A DNA stretch of 64,000 nt from an uncultured Phycisphaerales bacterium (GCA_963755915.1 CAVWLP010000002.1:4000001-4064000); one strand, 5' to 3'; positions 21,881 through 32,452 are shown, counted from the stretch's first letter. The notes: generated from the letters alone by a model not told the origin. Made by a program: numbers and translations.

Positions 21881-23861
21881 ATGGACTTATCGGACAATAA
21901 TTCAGGCAAAAATGGGGCACTTAGGCAAAGTGTTCGGGATCTCGCCGGTCACGTTCAAGCGGGGCGGCTGAGCGAGGCGGAGGCGCTTTGCCGCAAGATT
22001 CTTCGCGACTCGCCCCGCGAGGCCGGAATTCATCATCTGCTGGGCGTGCTCAATCACCAGTTGGGCAAAAACGAGGAGGCCCGCAAAGAGTTCGAGAGTG
22101 CGATCGCGCTCAACCCGAATGACGCGGAATACCACAATAATCTGGGCGTGGTGCTGCTGGGGATGGGGAAGGCCCCGCAGGCATTGGCGGCGTGCGCGGG
22201 CGGTAGAGCTTCGAGCGCAGTACCCGGAGGCGTGGAACAACCTTGGCAATGCGATGGCGGCTGCGGGACAGTTGAACGAGGCGATCAGCGCATATGACCG
22301 CGCGATCGAGCAGAGTCCGAAACTGGTGCAGGCGTTCAACAACCGGGGCAACGCGCTCAAGCAAATCGGAAGGCTGGATGATGCGATCGCGGCGTATGGG
22401 CGAGCGACCGCTCAGCAACCGAATTATGCCGAGGCGCACGCGAATCTTGGGATCGCGCTGCAAATGGCGGGACGGCGCGAGGAGGCGATCGCAAGTTATC
22501 GCGCGGCCGTTGCCCTGCGGCCCGGCGATGGGCGCGGGTGGATCCGGCTGGGCAGCGTTTTTTTTGACGCCGGAAAGTTTGCGGACGCGCTGGAGTGCTA
22601 CGGCAAGGCGACTGCGGTTCCCGAAGTGCAGGCGGAAGCTTTTAACGACATCGGACTTGCTCTGCAGAAGATGGGCCGGTTCGCGGAGGCGGTCGAAAGA
22701 CATCGGCATGCTTTGTCGCTGAAGGCGGATTTTCCTGAAGCGCTGACTGGGCTGGGCGCGGCGCTGAGACAGACTGGGCAACTGGATGAAGCCATCGCGT
22801 GTTTTGAGCGGGCCGTGTCGTCGCAGCCACGGAATGCGGACGCGCTGGCTTTCCTTGGGGCGGCAATGCAGGAAAAAGGGAAGCTGGAAGAAGCGACGGC
22901 GCTGCAGCGCCGGGCGATTGCGATACGGCCGGACCATCCGGAGGCGCATCTCAATCTCGCTTTCGTGCTGCTGGCGCAGGGGAAATTCACGGAAGGCTGG
23001 CGGGAATACGAATGGCGCCGGCGGCAAGAGCCCGGCGAGCGGAAATTTCCGTGCCCACAGTGGCAGGGCGAGGACCTGGCGGGGAAGCGAATCCTGATCC
23101 ATGCGGAGCAGGGATTGGGAGATGCGTTGCAGTTTGTGCGATATGTGCCGAGGGTGCGCGAACGTGGCGGGAAGGTAATCCTGGAATGCTACGGGGAATT
23201 AGAGAGATTGTTCGTGCAGGTTCCGGGAGTGGAGGAACGGGTGAAGGCGGGGAGTGCGCTGCCGGAGTTCGATTTGCATTGTCCGATGCTCAGTTTGCCG
23301 CTGGCATTCGGGACAACGGCTGAATCGATTCCATCTGACGTGCCCTATTTGAAAGCGGATCCGGAGTTGTCGCGGCAATGGGCGGCGAAATTGCCGGCGA
23401 TGAAGTCGGTGAAGGTAGGGTTGGCCTGGGCGGGGAGGCGATCGCATTTCAACGACCGGAATCGATCCATTCCAGGGGCGCTTTTCAATCGGCTGGCTGA
23501 CGTCGAGGGGGCGACGTATTTCAGTCTGCAAAAGCGGGAATCAGCGGCAAGCTTTTCGAGCCCGGATTTGCCGATGACCGATTGGACAGGGGAGTTGAAC
23601 GACATGGCTGATACAGCGGCGCTGATGGCGAACCTGGACCTGGTGATCTGCGTGGATACGGCGGTGGCGCACTTGGCGGGGGCGATGGGAAAGCCGTGCT
23701 GGGTGCTCTTGCCGCATCCGGCGGATTTTCGGTGGCTGCTGGATCGGGAAGACAGCCCATGGTATCCGACGCTGCGGCTGTTTCGACAAAGGCGGGCGCG
23801 GGATTGGGAAGAGCCGTTGGGTCGGGTGGTGGAGGAGCTTAGGCTATTTGCGAAGAAATAG
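21881..23861 (+). CDS. TPR-repeat glycosyltransferase (GT9-like C-terminus; frameshift near 22190)
   Basis: Many TPRs (AWNNLGNA, AHANLGIA); EQGLGDALQF, VGLAWAG, LDLVICVDTAVAHLAGAMG, SPWYP. Confidence 0.85.
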
Positions 23862-25175
23862 AGAGTCGCGCCGGATTGTCAGCAGGGGGATGAGCAGAAG
23901 CAGAATGGCGCTGAGAATATAGACGATTCCGGTGGCGGCGATGGCGTGGCTCATGTTCTGGACGTCGGTGCCGCGGCCGTACTTGGCGATGTAGCCGACG
24001 ACGATGGGGCCTAGGGCGCCGCCGGTCCATCCGATGGTGTTCATGAGGCCCGCGGCCGTGGCGCGGGCGCGGGGGTCTACGACATCGTAGATCGAGGCGA
24101 AGATGTTGGAATCGTACATTCCCTTGCCGAATCCGAAGCAGATCATTGACGTGAGAAGGGTGGCGACATGGGTGGTGATGCCGATGCGGAAGACGAAGAT
24201 GGAGCCGAAGAGCAAACCCAGGGCCTGGACGATCATTCGGCCGGCGAGGAATCGGTGTGAAAGTCGATCGGCGAGGATTCCGCCGATGGGGCAGCCGACG
24301 GCGCAGGCGACGAGGATGAATGCGGTGCCGGAGAGTCCGGCGCTGGCGAGAGTGAAATGGAATTTTTCGACGAGGAAGGTGGGGGTCCAGGCGGCGAAGG
24401 TAGTAGAGACGAAATTGGCGCCGAGGAACGCCAACATCAGCAGGATTGCGGTGGGCTTGGAGAAGATGGTGGCGGCGATTTCGCGGGCCTCGAAGCGAGT
24501 AAGTTCTTTTTCGGCCGGATGGGAGCGGTCCATCTGCCCGCGCTTCGGCTCGCGGAGCCAGGCAAAGAGGACGAAGGAGAGGACGATGCCGGCTCCGCCG
24601 AAGAGGTAGAAGCCCAGTTGCCAGCGATGGTGCTCGGCGATGAGGGCGGTGATCCAGCTTCCCATGATGCTGCCGGCGTAGACGCTGGATTGGTGAAACG
24701 ACATCGCCCGGGAGCGGGTTTTGGCGCCGTGATAGTCGCTGATCATGGACATCGAGGCGGGGAAATAGAACATTTCGCCGAATCCGACGAGGGCGCGGAC
24801 GGTGATGAATTGCCACAGGCGGGAACAAAGCCCGGTGGTCATGGTGACAACGCTCCAGAAGAAGCATCCGCCGAGGATGAGATTTTTTCGCTTGAGCCTG
24901 TCGCCGACAAACCCGGCGACGGGGGAACCTATCGCGTAAACCCACATGAATGCCGAGCCGATGAGGCCGAGCTGGACTTTATCGAAGCCGTAGATCGAGC
25001 TGAGTTTCGGGAAGATCGAAAAAATGGCCTGGCGATCGCCGTTGTTGAGGAAACAGACGAACCAGAGCATGAAGACGACGAGCCATTTGAAGTAACCGGC
25101 GTCGGCGCGGTCGGGCCCAGCGCCGGAAGGTGCTGGGCTGGTGGTTGGGATTGCATCGAGACCTTGAGAAGCCAT
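23844..25175 (-). CDS. MFS transporter (ACS/sugar-acid type)
   Basis: DRQAIFSIFP, GFVGDRLKR, GGILADRL; about 12 hydrophobic segments. Confidence 0.9.
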   Translation of the reverse strand: MASQGLDAIPTTSPAPSGAGPDRADAGYFKWLVVFMLWFVCFLNNGDRQAIFSIFPKLSSIYGFDKVQLGLIGSAFMWVYAIGSPVAGFVGDRLKRKNLILGGCFFWSVVTMTTGLCSRLWQFITVRALVGFGEMFYFPASMSMISDYHGAKTRSRAMSFHQSSVYAGSIMGSWITALIAEHHRWQLGFYLFGGAGIVLSFVLFAWLREPKRGQMDRSHPAEKELTRFEAREIAATIFSKPTAILLMLAFLGANFVSTTFAAWTPTFLVEKFHFTLASAGLSGTAFILVACAVGCPIGGILADRLSHRFLAGRMIVQALGLLFGSIFVFRIGITTHVATLLTSMICFGFGKGMYDSNIFASIYDVVDPRARATAAGLMNTIGWTGGALGPIVVGYIAKYGRGTDVQNMSHAIAATGIVYILSAILLLLIPLLTIRRDSLFLRK

Positions 25176-25183
25176 GGGATCTC

Positions 25184-26274
25184 TCAGTTGATGCGCGTCG
25201 GATCAATGACGACGTGGGCGATGCTTTTGCGTTTCCAGGTGTAGGTGATGTGGACGAGGCCATCGGAGGTTTGGATGACGGCGGGATAGGAAAACTGGGC
25301 ATCTTCATTTTCGAGAACGATGACGGGCTTCCAGGTTTTGCCGTCGGGGGAGATGGCGATGTTGAGAGGGGAGCGTTTTGATGAGGAATGGTTGTAGACG
25401 AGGAGGGATCGGCCATCTTTGAGCTGAACGGCGTCGATGCCGCTGTTGGGGTTTGGGAGATCGGTGGGGCTGGGGTCGTCCCAGGTTTTGCCGTTGTCGG
25501 TGGACCAGCCCTGGTAGATGTTTCCCTCGCGGTTTCGGCAGAGGTATTGGATGACGCCCTTGCCGTGATCGAGAAGGGTGGGCTGAATGAGGCGGACGTC
25601 TTTTCCATCGTTGAGGGAATCGGTTTTTGTCCAGGATTGGCCGTTGTCGGTGGAGGTTTCGAAGTGGATTTGAGCGCCGTTGTCTTCGGTGCTGGAGGGG
25701 GAGAGGATTGAGCCGTCGGAGAGGAGGATGGGTTTGTCCTTGGCGGGGCCGATGATTCCATCGGGGAGACGCTTCGGCGCAGACCAGGTGACGCCGTCAT
25801 CGGCGGAGGTGGTCAACATTCCCCACCATTTTCCGGGCTGGGGCCGACTTTGTAGAAAAGGAGGAGGAGGCCGTCTTTGGGCTGGAAGAGGACGGGGTTC
25901 CAGCAGGGAAGGCGGGGAGCGTCTGGTTGAATGCCGGTGGCGACTTCGACGAGGGGGGACCAATGCGAGCCGACAAGGCGGGAGACCCAGATGCCGACAT
26001 CGGGCGCGCGTTCGTGAGTGCCGCCGAAAAATGCGGCGACGAGTTCAGATTTTGGACCGGATTTTGTTTCGACGATCGTGGAGGCGTGGCAGGAGGGGAA
26101 GGGGGCGGTCTTGAAAATGAACTCGGAGAGAAGAACCGCGCTGGACGGCTGCGGAGAAATGCCTGGAGCATCGGGCAGGGTTGTGGGCGGTATTGCTGGC
26201 TTGGTTGTTTGCGCAAAGGCGCAGACTGCGGCCAAGAGTGAAAGAGAGGCGAAGGTAATCAGCAGGTATTTCAT
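25184..26274 (-). CDS. Secreted BNR/sialidase-like (GH33-like) hydrolase (frameshift near 25835)
   Basis: Signal peptide MKYLLITF; CHASTIVE, FFGGTHE, CWNPVL, Asp-boxes SxDxGxTW, IQP, PNPNSG, RSPL, FSYP. Resembles the KDO-hydrolase domain of B. thetaiotaomicron BT1013 (from recall). Confidence 0.8.
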
Positions 26275-26485
26275 GTGCGATCCGCGGTGGTTAATGATCG
26301 GGGAGGATGATGTCGGACTCAACTCATTGGGGGGGAGGCGAAATCCTGGTCGAGATTGTCGGCGCGGAGGGTGATCGCTGAAAAGAGAAGAAGGGCGAGT
26401 GCGATAAATCCGGCGTATCTCACGTTTGCCATCCGCCACACTTGAGGGGCCAAGCTGGCTGCAGTGTAACGGGCGGCAAAGGGGG

Positions 26486-26534
26486 ATTCGTTGGCGTTTA
26501 GCGTAATAGTGTTGCGATGTGGCGCAAGCGGGGC
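26486..26534. repeat. Dispersed repeat family D, short copy
   Basis: attcgttggcgtttagcgtaatagtgttgcgatgtggcgca; near-identical starts at 29766 and 31055. Confidence 0.8.
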
Positions 26535-26536
26535 AT

Positions 26537-26574
26537 CCCCACGGCAGCGCCGTGGGCGTTCAGGGAGCAAACTA
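26537..26574. repeat. REP-like palindrome family A (CCCACGG-N5-CCGTGGGCGTTC)
   Basis: ccccacggcagcgccgtgggcgttcagggagcaaact; copies at 32538 (interrupted), 47021 and 58950. Confidence 0.85.
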
Positions 26575-27093
26575 ACGGACTGGGTCTGGGATTAGATCGA
26601 GCCAGCGGAGTGCGAGGTCCTGGTCGTGATGATCGGGTTTGGGAGGCTGGTTCGGGACGAAGCGGGCGGCGGCTTGGAGGAGAAGCTGGGCGGCGCGCAT
26701 GCGGTTTTTGTCGGCGGGGTCCTGGAGGAAATCGGCGAGGACGGAGGCGGCCCTGGTGGCGATGGTCTGGCAGCGTTCGACGGCGAAGTCATGGCGATCG
26801 GCGCGGGCGTCGGCGAGAGCCTTCTGGAAAGCGTCGTCCTGAGTTTTCCATCGCCAAAGGGTTTTGCGGTTGAGATCGAGGGCTTTGGCGATCTGCGACC
26901 AACGGGCGCCGGAAAGGGCGAGCTCGATGGCGCGGCACTGGGTGTTGGAGAGCTGGTAATTGGGGTCGATGTCCCCGAATGTCCCGTTTTCCCCCGATTC
27001 TGCGAAATTTTTCGTCTCTTCCGGGGCGGGCTCCCGGGGGGCAGAAGGAATGGGATCATGATCGGGCGAGGTGGGTGCGGGATCCGGGGTCAT
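26572..27093 (-). CDS. Helix-turn-helix protein (phage small-terminase-like HTH)
   Basis: LSNTQCRAIELALSG..WSQIAKALDLNRKTLWRWK..FQKAL. Confidence 0.6.
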   Translation of the reverse strand: MTPDPAPTSPDHDPIPSAPREPAPEETKNFAESGENGTFGDIDPNYQLSNTQCRAIELALSGARWSQIAKALDLNRKTLWRWKTQDDAFQKALADARADRHDFAVERCQTIATRAASVLADFLQDPADKNRMRAAQLLLQAAARFVPNQPPKPDHHDQDLALRWLDLIPDPVR

Positions 27094-27122
27094 GGGAACT
27101 CCGTGGGGAAGATTGCCGATTG

Positions 27123-27146
27123 CGGTTCGACTGCGCTCACCGAAGT
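27123..27146. repeat. 24-bp micro-element B inserted in a degenerate ATTGCCG heptamer array
   Basis: cggttcgactgcgctcaccgaagt flanked by gattgccgattg and ccgatttccaattgccgaatt. Confidence 0.75.
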
Positions 27147-27357
27147 CCGATTTCCAATTGCCGAATTGGAAGAGGCGCGGGGAAAAAATAGTACGCGTCT
27201 ATATACAGGTCCAAAGGGTGTACGTTTTGTACCTATTTTTGGGAAATCTGGAGATTTTTGGGTTGAGATTTTTGAAGTTCGAAAGAATTTGTAAGGCAGT
27301 GTGGTGGGAGATGACGCGCCGGGCATATCGGGGGTTATGTTATCGCGCGCAGGCCTT

Positions 27358-27397
27358 CCCCTCTCCCGGCGGAGCGGGGGAGGGGAAGAGGTGAGGG
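27358..27397. repeat. REP-like element family E (reverse orientation)
   Basis: ccctctcccggcggagcgggggaggggaagaggtgaggg. Confidence 0.65.
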
Positions 27398-27432
27398 TGC
27401 GGGTGCCCTGGTGGGTGGTTCCGGAGGTTGTT

Positions 27433-29436
27433 TCAAACGGTTGACGTAACCGCCAGTTTATGCCGCCTCCGTCGCAGGATCGTGATAGAGCCGGTTGCGA
27501 GCAAAGTTGCCGTGCCGGGTTCTGGTACGGCAGCGATCGTGGGCAACGGGAGGTTGTTCGCGACGGCGAAGGCGTTGAGGGCGGCGATGTCGGCTGATGT
27601 GACGACCACGTCGGCGCCACTGTCGCTGTAGCCGTAGTTTGCTGAAAGGGCGCTCCAGTCGCTGCCGTTGACGGAGGAGGTGTAAAGGAAATTGCCCTGG
27701 TCCCAGTTGGTATCGCCCAAGCCGAAGTCGGCGGCGAGGATGGAGAAGTCGGATCCGTTGACGGTGCCGTCGAGGTTGGCGTCACCAAGCAGCGTGTATT
27801 TTAATTCGATTTGACCGGAGGTCAGGCCGGAGACAATGCCGTCGGTGCCGTCGGAGAAGCCGATGCCGTAGTAGTGGCCGCTGGTGGGGGACTGGGCGGC
27901 GGAGGAGATGATGCCTGGGCCGTTCCATTGGCCGTTGTTATAGCCGTTCTTGAGGTAGGTATAGATTGTAGACATCGGGTCGCTGCCGGAACCGTAATCA
28001 ATGAAGACGTGATTGTTGGCGATGTCGAACGTGGAATTGGCTTCGACAGTCAGGGAGTTGACTGTGCTGGCACCGCTGTTTGTGGAAAGGGCGAGAGTCG
28101 TGGCGTGGGTGCCGTCGCCGACGACAAGCGTGCCGCTGGTGATAGCGCCGCCACTTGAGATGGTGGCCGAGCTTGAGCTGGAGATGGTGAGGGTTCCGTT
28201 GGGATCCGTGGAAGAATAGGAGATTGAGCTTCCACCGGGGCCGGCGCTCGCGCTGGCCGTGGCGGTCCCACTGCCGCCGGCGGAGTCTTCGACGCTTATG
28301 CCGTTGGCAGTTGCCAGGGCGTCGGCCCCTCCACCGGGGGCTTCCGTGCCAGAGCCGCCTGTCGCTGAGGCGGAGGCGTAGGCGGTTCCGGTCGCGCTGG
28401 TTGCGGTTGCGGTTGCGGTTGCGCCTCCGGCAAAACCACCAACCCCGCCGGTGGCGGTGGCGCTCGCCGAAGCGTTGCCGGAATTCGCGACTGCGGTCGC
28501 GTCGGATGTCGCATTGCCCCCGGTGCCCGCGCTGGGGCCGCCGGTTAAACCACCGTAGGAAGTGGCGTTGGCGCTTGCGCTCCCAGTGCCATTTGTTTCC
28601 GCGTCGGCCGAAGCGGTCCCAGAGCCCGCCTCACCGGAGTCGGCATTTGCGGGCAATTCATACCCGTCAACATCCGTATCATTCGCGATGGCATTCGCCG
28701 TTACGTTGGTGGACGAGGCGTTCGTCGAAATGACCTGCGTGGAGGCTGATCCGTTGCCGGCGTTGTAGGTATCTACGCCATAACCCCCGTAGCCGTAGGT
28801 TGTTGCCGTAAAGCCTGACTCCCCGTCATTTGCCGTCACCTCGAGGCTTGCGCTTCCACTGCTCCCCGGGGAAAGGTCCCAATCGTCTCCGTTATTTCCG
28901 CCGACCGCGGTTTCGACGAGGGTTACGCTTCCGCCATCGGACGAGCCGCTGACGCAGTTCGACAGGGTGATGTCAGCGTTTACGCTGCTTGAAGCGCTTG
29001 CCACCGCCCCAAAGTCTGCAGTGGCGCTTCCGCTACCATAGGCCGTTGCGGTTGCCGACCCACCAGCGTTGCCACCCGTAGCGCCAGATCCGCCCTGAGC
29101 ATATCCCGTTGCAGTTGCATTTGGGGAATCGGGCTGACCGGAGGCAGTTGCATTGGCTGTCGCGTTCCCGCCGTTTCCACCGTTCAGGCCTTCTCCACCA
29201 AAAGCGTTCGCCGATTGGGCCATGTCAGACCCGGAAGCAATCGCCGTTGCGCTTCCGCCGTTTCCGGAGGCCCCCGAAGCGTTACCGCCATAGGCATAAA
29301 CGCTTCCGTCGCCCGTTTCCGTGTCGTCCGTTCCGTCGGTCGCCTGAGCAGAACGGACCGCTAAATGGGAAAAAGCTGCGAGGTATCCAATTGCGGCGGC
29401 TGCGGTGACGATTGCAACTCGATTCTGTTTAGGCAT
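27433..29436 (-). CDS. Ala/Gly/Ser/Thr-rich PEP-CTERM surface protein with dockerin-like domain
   Basis: Signal peptide; GGxGGxATA repeats; GDANLDGTVNGSDF; VPEP + TM + RRRRHK. Confidence 0.9.
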   Translation of the reverse strand: MPKQNRVAIVTAAAAIGYLAAFSHLAVRSAQATDGTDDTETGDGSVYAYGGNASGASGNGGSATAIASGSDMAQSANAFGGEGLNGGNGGNATANATASGQPDSPNATATGYAQGGSGATGGNAGGSATATAYGSGSATADFGAVASASSSVNADITLSNCVSGSSDGGSVTLVETAVGGNNGDDWDLSPGSSGSASLEVTANDGESGFTATTYGYGGYGVDTYNAGNGSASTQVISTNASSTNVTANAIANDTDVDGYELPANADSGEAGSGTASADAETNGTGSASANATSYGGLTGGPSAGTGGNATSDATAVANSGNASASATATGGVGGFAGGATATATATSATGTAYASASATGGSGTEAPGGGADALATANGISVEDSAGGSGTATASASAGPGGSSISYSSTDPNGTLTISSSSSATISSGGAITSGTLVVGDGTHATTLALSTNSGASTVNSLTVEANSTFDIANNHVFIDYGSGSDPMSTIYTYLKNGYNNGQWNGPGIISSAAQSPTSGHYYGIGFSDGTDGIVSGLTSGQIELKYTLLGDANLDGTVNGSDFSILAADFGLGDTNWDQGNFLYTSSVNGSDWSALSANYGYSDSGADVVVTSADIAALNAFAVANNLPLPTIAAVPEPGTATLLATGSITILRRRRHKLAVTSTV

Positions 29437-29765
29437 TTGAGTCTCCTTCCAGGATAAAATTTGGGGCGGTGCAATTATCTAGCGTATTGTGGCCACAACT
29501 GGGAATAATAAGTGCCAATTGTAATCAAACGAATAGAAGTGTAATAAAAAATCGATAGTTTTGAACAAGCCCTAAAAATTGCAAAGTTCTGCGAGCATGT
29601 CTGGTGTCGGTGCGGCATATTGGCGTTTGGGGGGGCGATATGGGGCGCGTGGCCGTGTTAGAACTGGGCGCAGCTAGAGGGCGGGAGAGGAAAATTTGGA
29701 TTGAGGGTACTCGTTCGGTGGGTGATCGCTGGGAAAGGAGGGAGCAAAACGAATCCGAGACGGGC

Positions 29766-29858
29766 ATTCGTTGGCGTCTAGCGTAATAGTGTTGCGATGG
29801 AGCGCATGGCGGGTGAAGACGCGCCCGAATGACGCGCCCCGCAAGCGGGGCCGCTAAA
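29766..29858. repeat. Dispersed repeat family D, long copy
   Basis: attcgttggcgtctagcgtaatagtgttgcgatg..gggtgaagacgcgc..gccccgcaagcggggccgctaaa. Confidence 0.8.
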
Positions 29859-29910
29859 TCTGGCGATGGATGCCTGCTTGAGATATCCGCAAGCTTATTC
29901 GGGATGGAGG

Positions 29911-30927
29911 TCAGAATCCTGCTGGGTCGGGGTAGGGGTTGCCTGAATGGACCTGGCGGAGCACATCCTTGCGTGTAGTGAGTTCGGCGTGTCCGTCACA
30001 GAAGGATGCGTTTCCATACCCGTCCTGATTGACGGCTTTTATGGCAGTCGAATTGGAAGTTGCATTGGAGGAGTGGCGGGGGGAAACGGTGTTTACGCTG
30101 CCAAGGAGCCACTTAGTGGGATCAAATTTCGCGGCGGCGTCGTCGAGGGTTTGGGAGTCCTCGCAAATGAACAACACAATGTTGCTGCTGTTCTTGATGG
30201 AGGAAATTTTGCCGTTGTAGATCCATCCATTTCGAAGGCCCTGCGGGAAATTTGAGAAATTAGTTACCTGGATTGTGGGCGGATTGCTAACAAAATCGTT
30301 CATGCTGTAGCTATACCGAAATGGATTGGTGGGATCGCCGTTGGGTCGTTGGAGCCGGTCATCGCCGGGACAGATAAAAACATGGTCGTAGTTGGCGGAG
30401 ACGACGTTGGAAACAGGCAGGCCGCCGGCGCCGGTACTACTGCTCAGGATAAATGGAATGCCCAGATATTTCGCAAGGCCGGAATAGGTAATATTCTGAT
30501 CGATGACCTTGTTGCTGGTATCTGCAAGGCCTGTCATCGGATCGACGGATCGTTCCCAGGCGATCCAGTTTGCGGTGGCGGTGGGATCCACCGTTCCCGA
30601 GCCGTAGGGAGTAAATCCGCCGCCGGTCCCTTGCGGTTCTCCGTTATTCCATATCGTCTGGCTCGTGCCGGCACCGCAAGGCATCCAGAGTTGGTTTTCA
30701 TCAGTGTACATCAGCACCGCGTTGCTGAGTTGGCGCAAATTGCTGAGACACGCAGCACCCTGGGCAGAACGGCGCGCTTTTGTGAGGGCGGGCAGAAGTA
30801 CAGCAACCAGAATGGCAATGATGCCGATGACAACCAGCAATTCGACGAGGGTGAATGCGACGCTGCGGGGACGGAGGAGTGAGCTATCGTTGGAATTGAA
30901 TTGGCGATGGTTTGAAGAAGTGGTCAT
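29911..30927 (-). CDS. DUF1559 family prepilin-type N-terminal cleavage / H-X9-DG protein
   Basis: ATG after [63 protein letters not shown]. Confidence 0.9.
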   Translation of the reverse strand: MTTSSNHRQFNSNDSSLLRPRSVAFTLVELLVVIGIIAILVAVLLPALTKARRSAQGAACLSNLRQLSNAVLMYTDENQLWMPCGAGTSQTIWNNGEPQGTGGGFTPYGSGTVDPTATANWIAWERSVDPMTGLADTSNKVIDQNITYSGLAKYLGIPFILSSSTGAGGLPVSNVVSANYDHVFICPGDDRLQRPNGDPTNPFRYSYSMNDFVSNPPTIQVTNFSNFPQGLRNGWIYNGKISSIKNSSNIVLFICEDSQTLDDAAAKFDPTKWLLGSVNTVSPRHSSNATSNSTAIKAVNQDGYGNASFCDGHAELTTRKDVLRQVHSGNPYPDPAGF

Positions 30928-31054
30928 TCTCACCTCGTATTGGCGCAGCGGATGTGGAATGGTGATACCGAGCGGCTTCCGCACACTTGAAGTGGCAAGG
31001 TATCGGGTAGGCCGCCTTTTGAACCTCCGATAGGATAACGAGCCGCTAATCGGT

Positions 31055-31160
31055 ATTCGTTCCCGTTTAGCGAAATAGTCTTGCGATGTGGCGCACAGGG
31101 GAGGGTGAAGAGGCGCACTGCGGTTCGACACAGCTCACCGAAGTCGAGCGGGGCGGCTAT
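31055..31160. repeat. Repeat family D copy carrying an inserted element B (31121-31144)
   Basis: attcgttcccgtttagcgaaatagtcttgcgatgtggcgca..gcactg[cggttcgacacagctcaccgaagt]cgagcggggcggcta. Confidence 0.75.
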
Positions 31161-31380
31161 ACGAGAAGAGAGGATGACTTTGAGTCTTGGTCTGGGGTGG
31201 GGCGGGATCTTAGCGGAAAATCGCAAAAGTATTGCGCAATTTTGCAACTCTCTTCTGAGCGGACGTAAGTTAGAATCCCGCCCGTGGAGCGAAAGTGCGA
31301 CTTTGACTCATTTCCGTAAAGCGTTGAAGTGTAAAGCGAAGCACGACTCCATTGCCCGGTCTTTGTAAAAGGAGGCAGTT

Positions 31381-32415
31381 ACGAGGCTCACATCTGAAAG
31401 AATCGTCGCCGGCGACTTAAATTACGTCTCCCGCAGGGGTTTCACGCTGGTCGAACTGCTAGTGGTTATTGGTATTATTGCGATACTTATAGGCATTCTC
31501 CTGCCAGCACTCACCAAGGCGCGGAGGCAGGCGCAGGCGACTCAGTGTATGAGTAATCTGCGGCAGCTCGCGACCGCGGTTGTGAGTTACACAGAGGACA
31601 ACGACAGTTGGATGCCTTGCCGTGCGGGAGACACTAATACGGGATGGAGTAATGGCATAGCGACTACATCTGATCCTACCACCATCAATGGTGTGGGAGC
31701 GCCGGATAACACGGGGATGTGGATCGCTTGGCACTATATCAACGATCCTTATACAGGACTTACAAGCCAATTCGGAATACCGAGCGGCACATCGGACAAC
31801 GACCAGAATCTGAGCTATTCGTCGTTGGCGAAATATCTTGGAATTCCGTATACCAAAAGTGTCTATGCGGCAAGCGCCGGCACTCCCGGTGTTCCCCTCT
31901 CGAATGACGTTAACGCTCAGTTTGCCAATGTTTTTCGCTGTCCGGGCGATGATGTCCAGTCCCGGCCGAAAACGCAGGCTAACGCGGCAAATAACCAGGA
32001 GGATTACTATTACAGCTACAGTATGAATGACTTCGTGGGGAATCCGATCGAGAATCCGTCGAATTATGGTTCGAATGTCAATGCCAGGGCGTGGGGAGTG
32101 TTTACCGGGAAAATTACGTCGATTAAGAACTCGGCGAATATCGTCTTATTCGTTTGTGAAGATAACCGAACGCTCGATGACGGCTGTTTCTCAATCAATA
32201 TCAACAACTGGATTCTGAATAAGCCGGTGAACACGCTCTCGACCCGTCACTACGTGAATAAATTGACGGTGATCACTTCGCTTGGGCAGAATGTGAACCA
32301 GGACGGCTATGGGAACGCCTCGTTCTGTGATGGGCACGCAGAGGTGATTTCACGGAAGGATGTCTTCCGGCAGGCGCATTCCGGAAGCCCGCAGCCGGAT
32401 CCGGCGGGATTCTGA
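31381..32415 (+). CDS. DUF1559 family prepilin-type protein, paralog of 29911-30927
   Basis: [51 protein letters not shown]. Start placed at ACG after AAGGAGG. Confidence 0.88.
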   Translation, partial: TRLTSERIVAGDLNYVSRRGFTLVELLVVIGIIAILIGILLPALTKARRQAQATQCMSNLRQLATAVVSYTEDNDSWMPCRAGDTNTGWSNGIATTSDPTTINGVGAPDNTGMWIAWHYINDPYTGLTSQFGIPSGTSDNDQNLSYSSLAKYLGIPYTKSVYAASAGTPGVPLSNDVNAQFANVFRCPGDDVQSRPKTQANAANNQEDYYYSYSMNDFVGNPIENPSNYGSNVNARAWGVFTGKITSIKNSANIVLFVCEDNRTLDDGCFSININNWILNKPVNTLSTRHYVNKLTVITSLGQNVNQDGYGNASFCDGHAEVISRKDVFRQAHSGSPQPDPAGF

Positions 32416-32452
32416 TTCCGGCGCGGTTAGACATTTTTTTTTGAACATTGAT

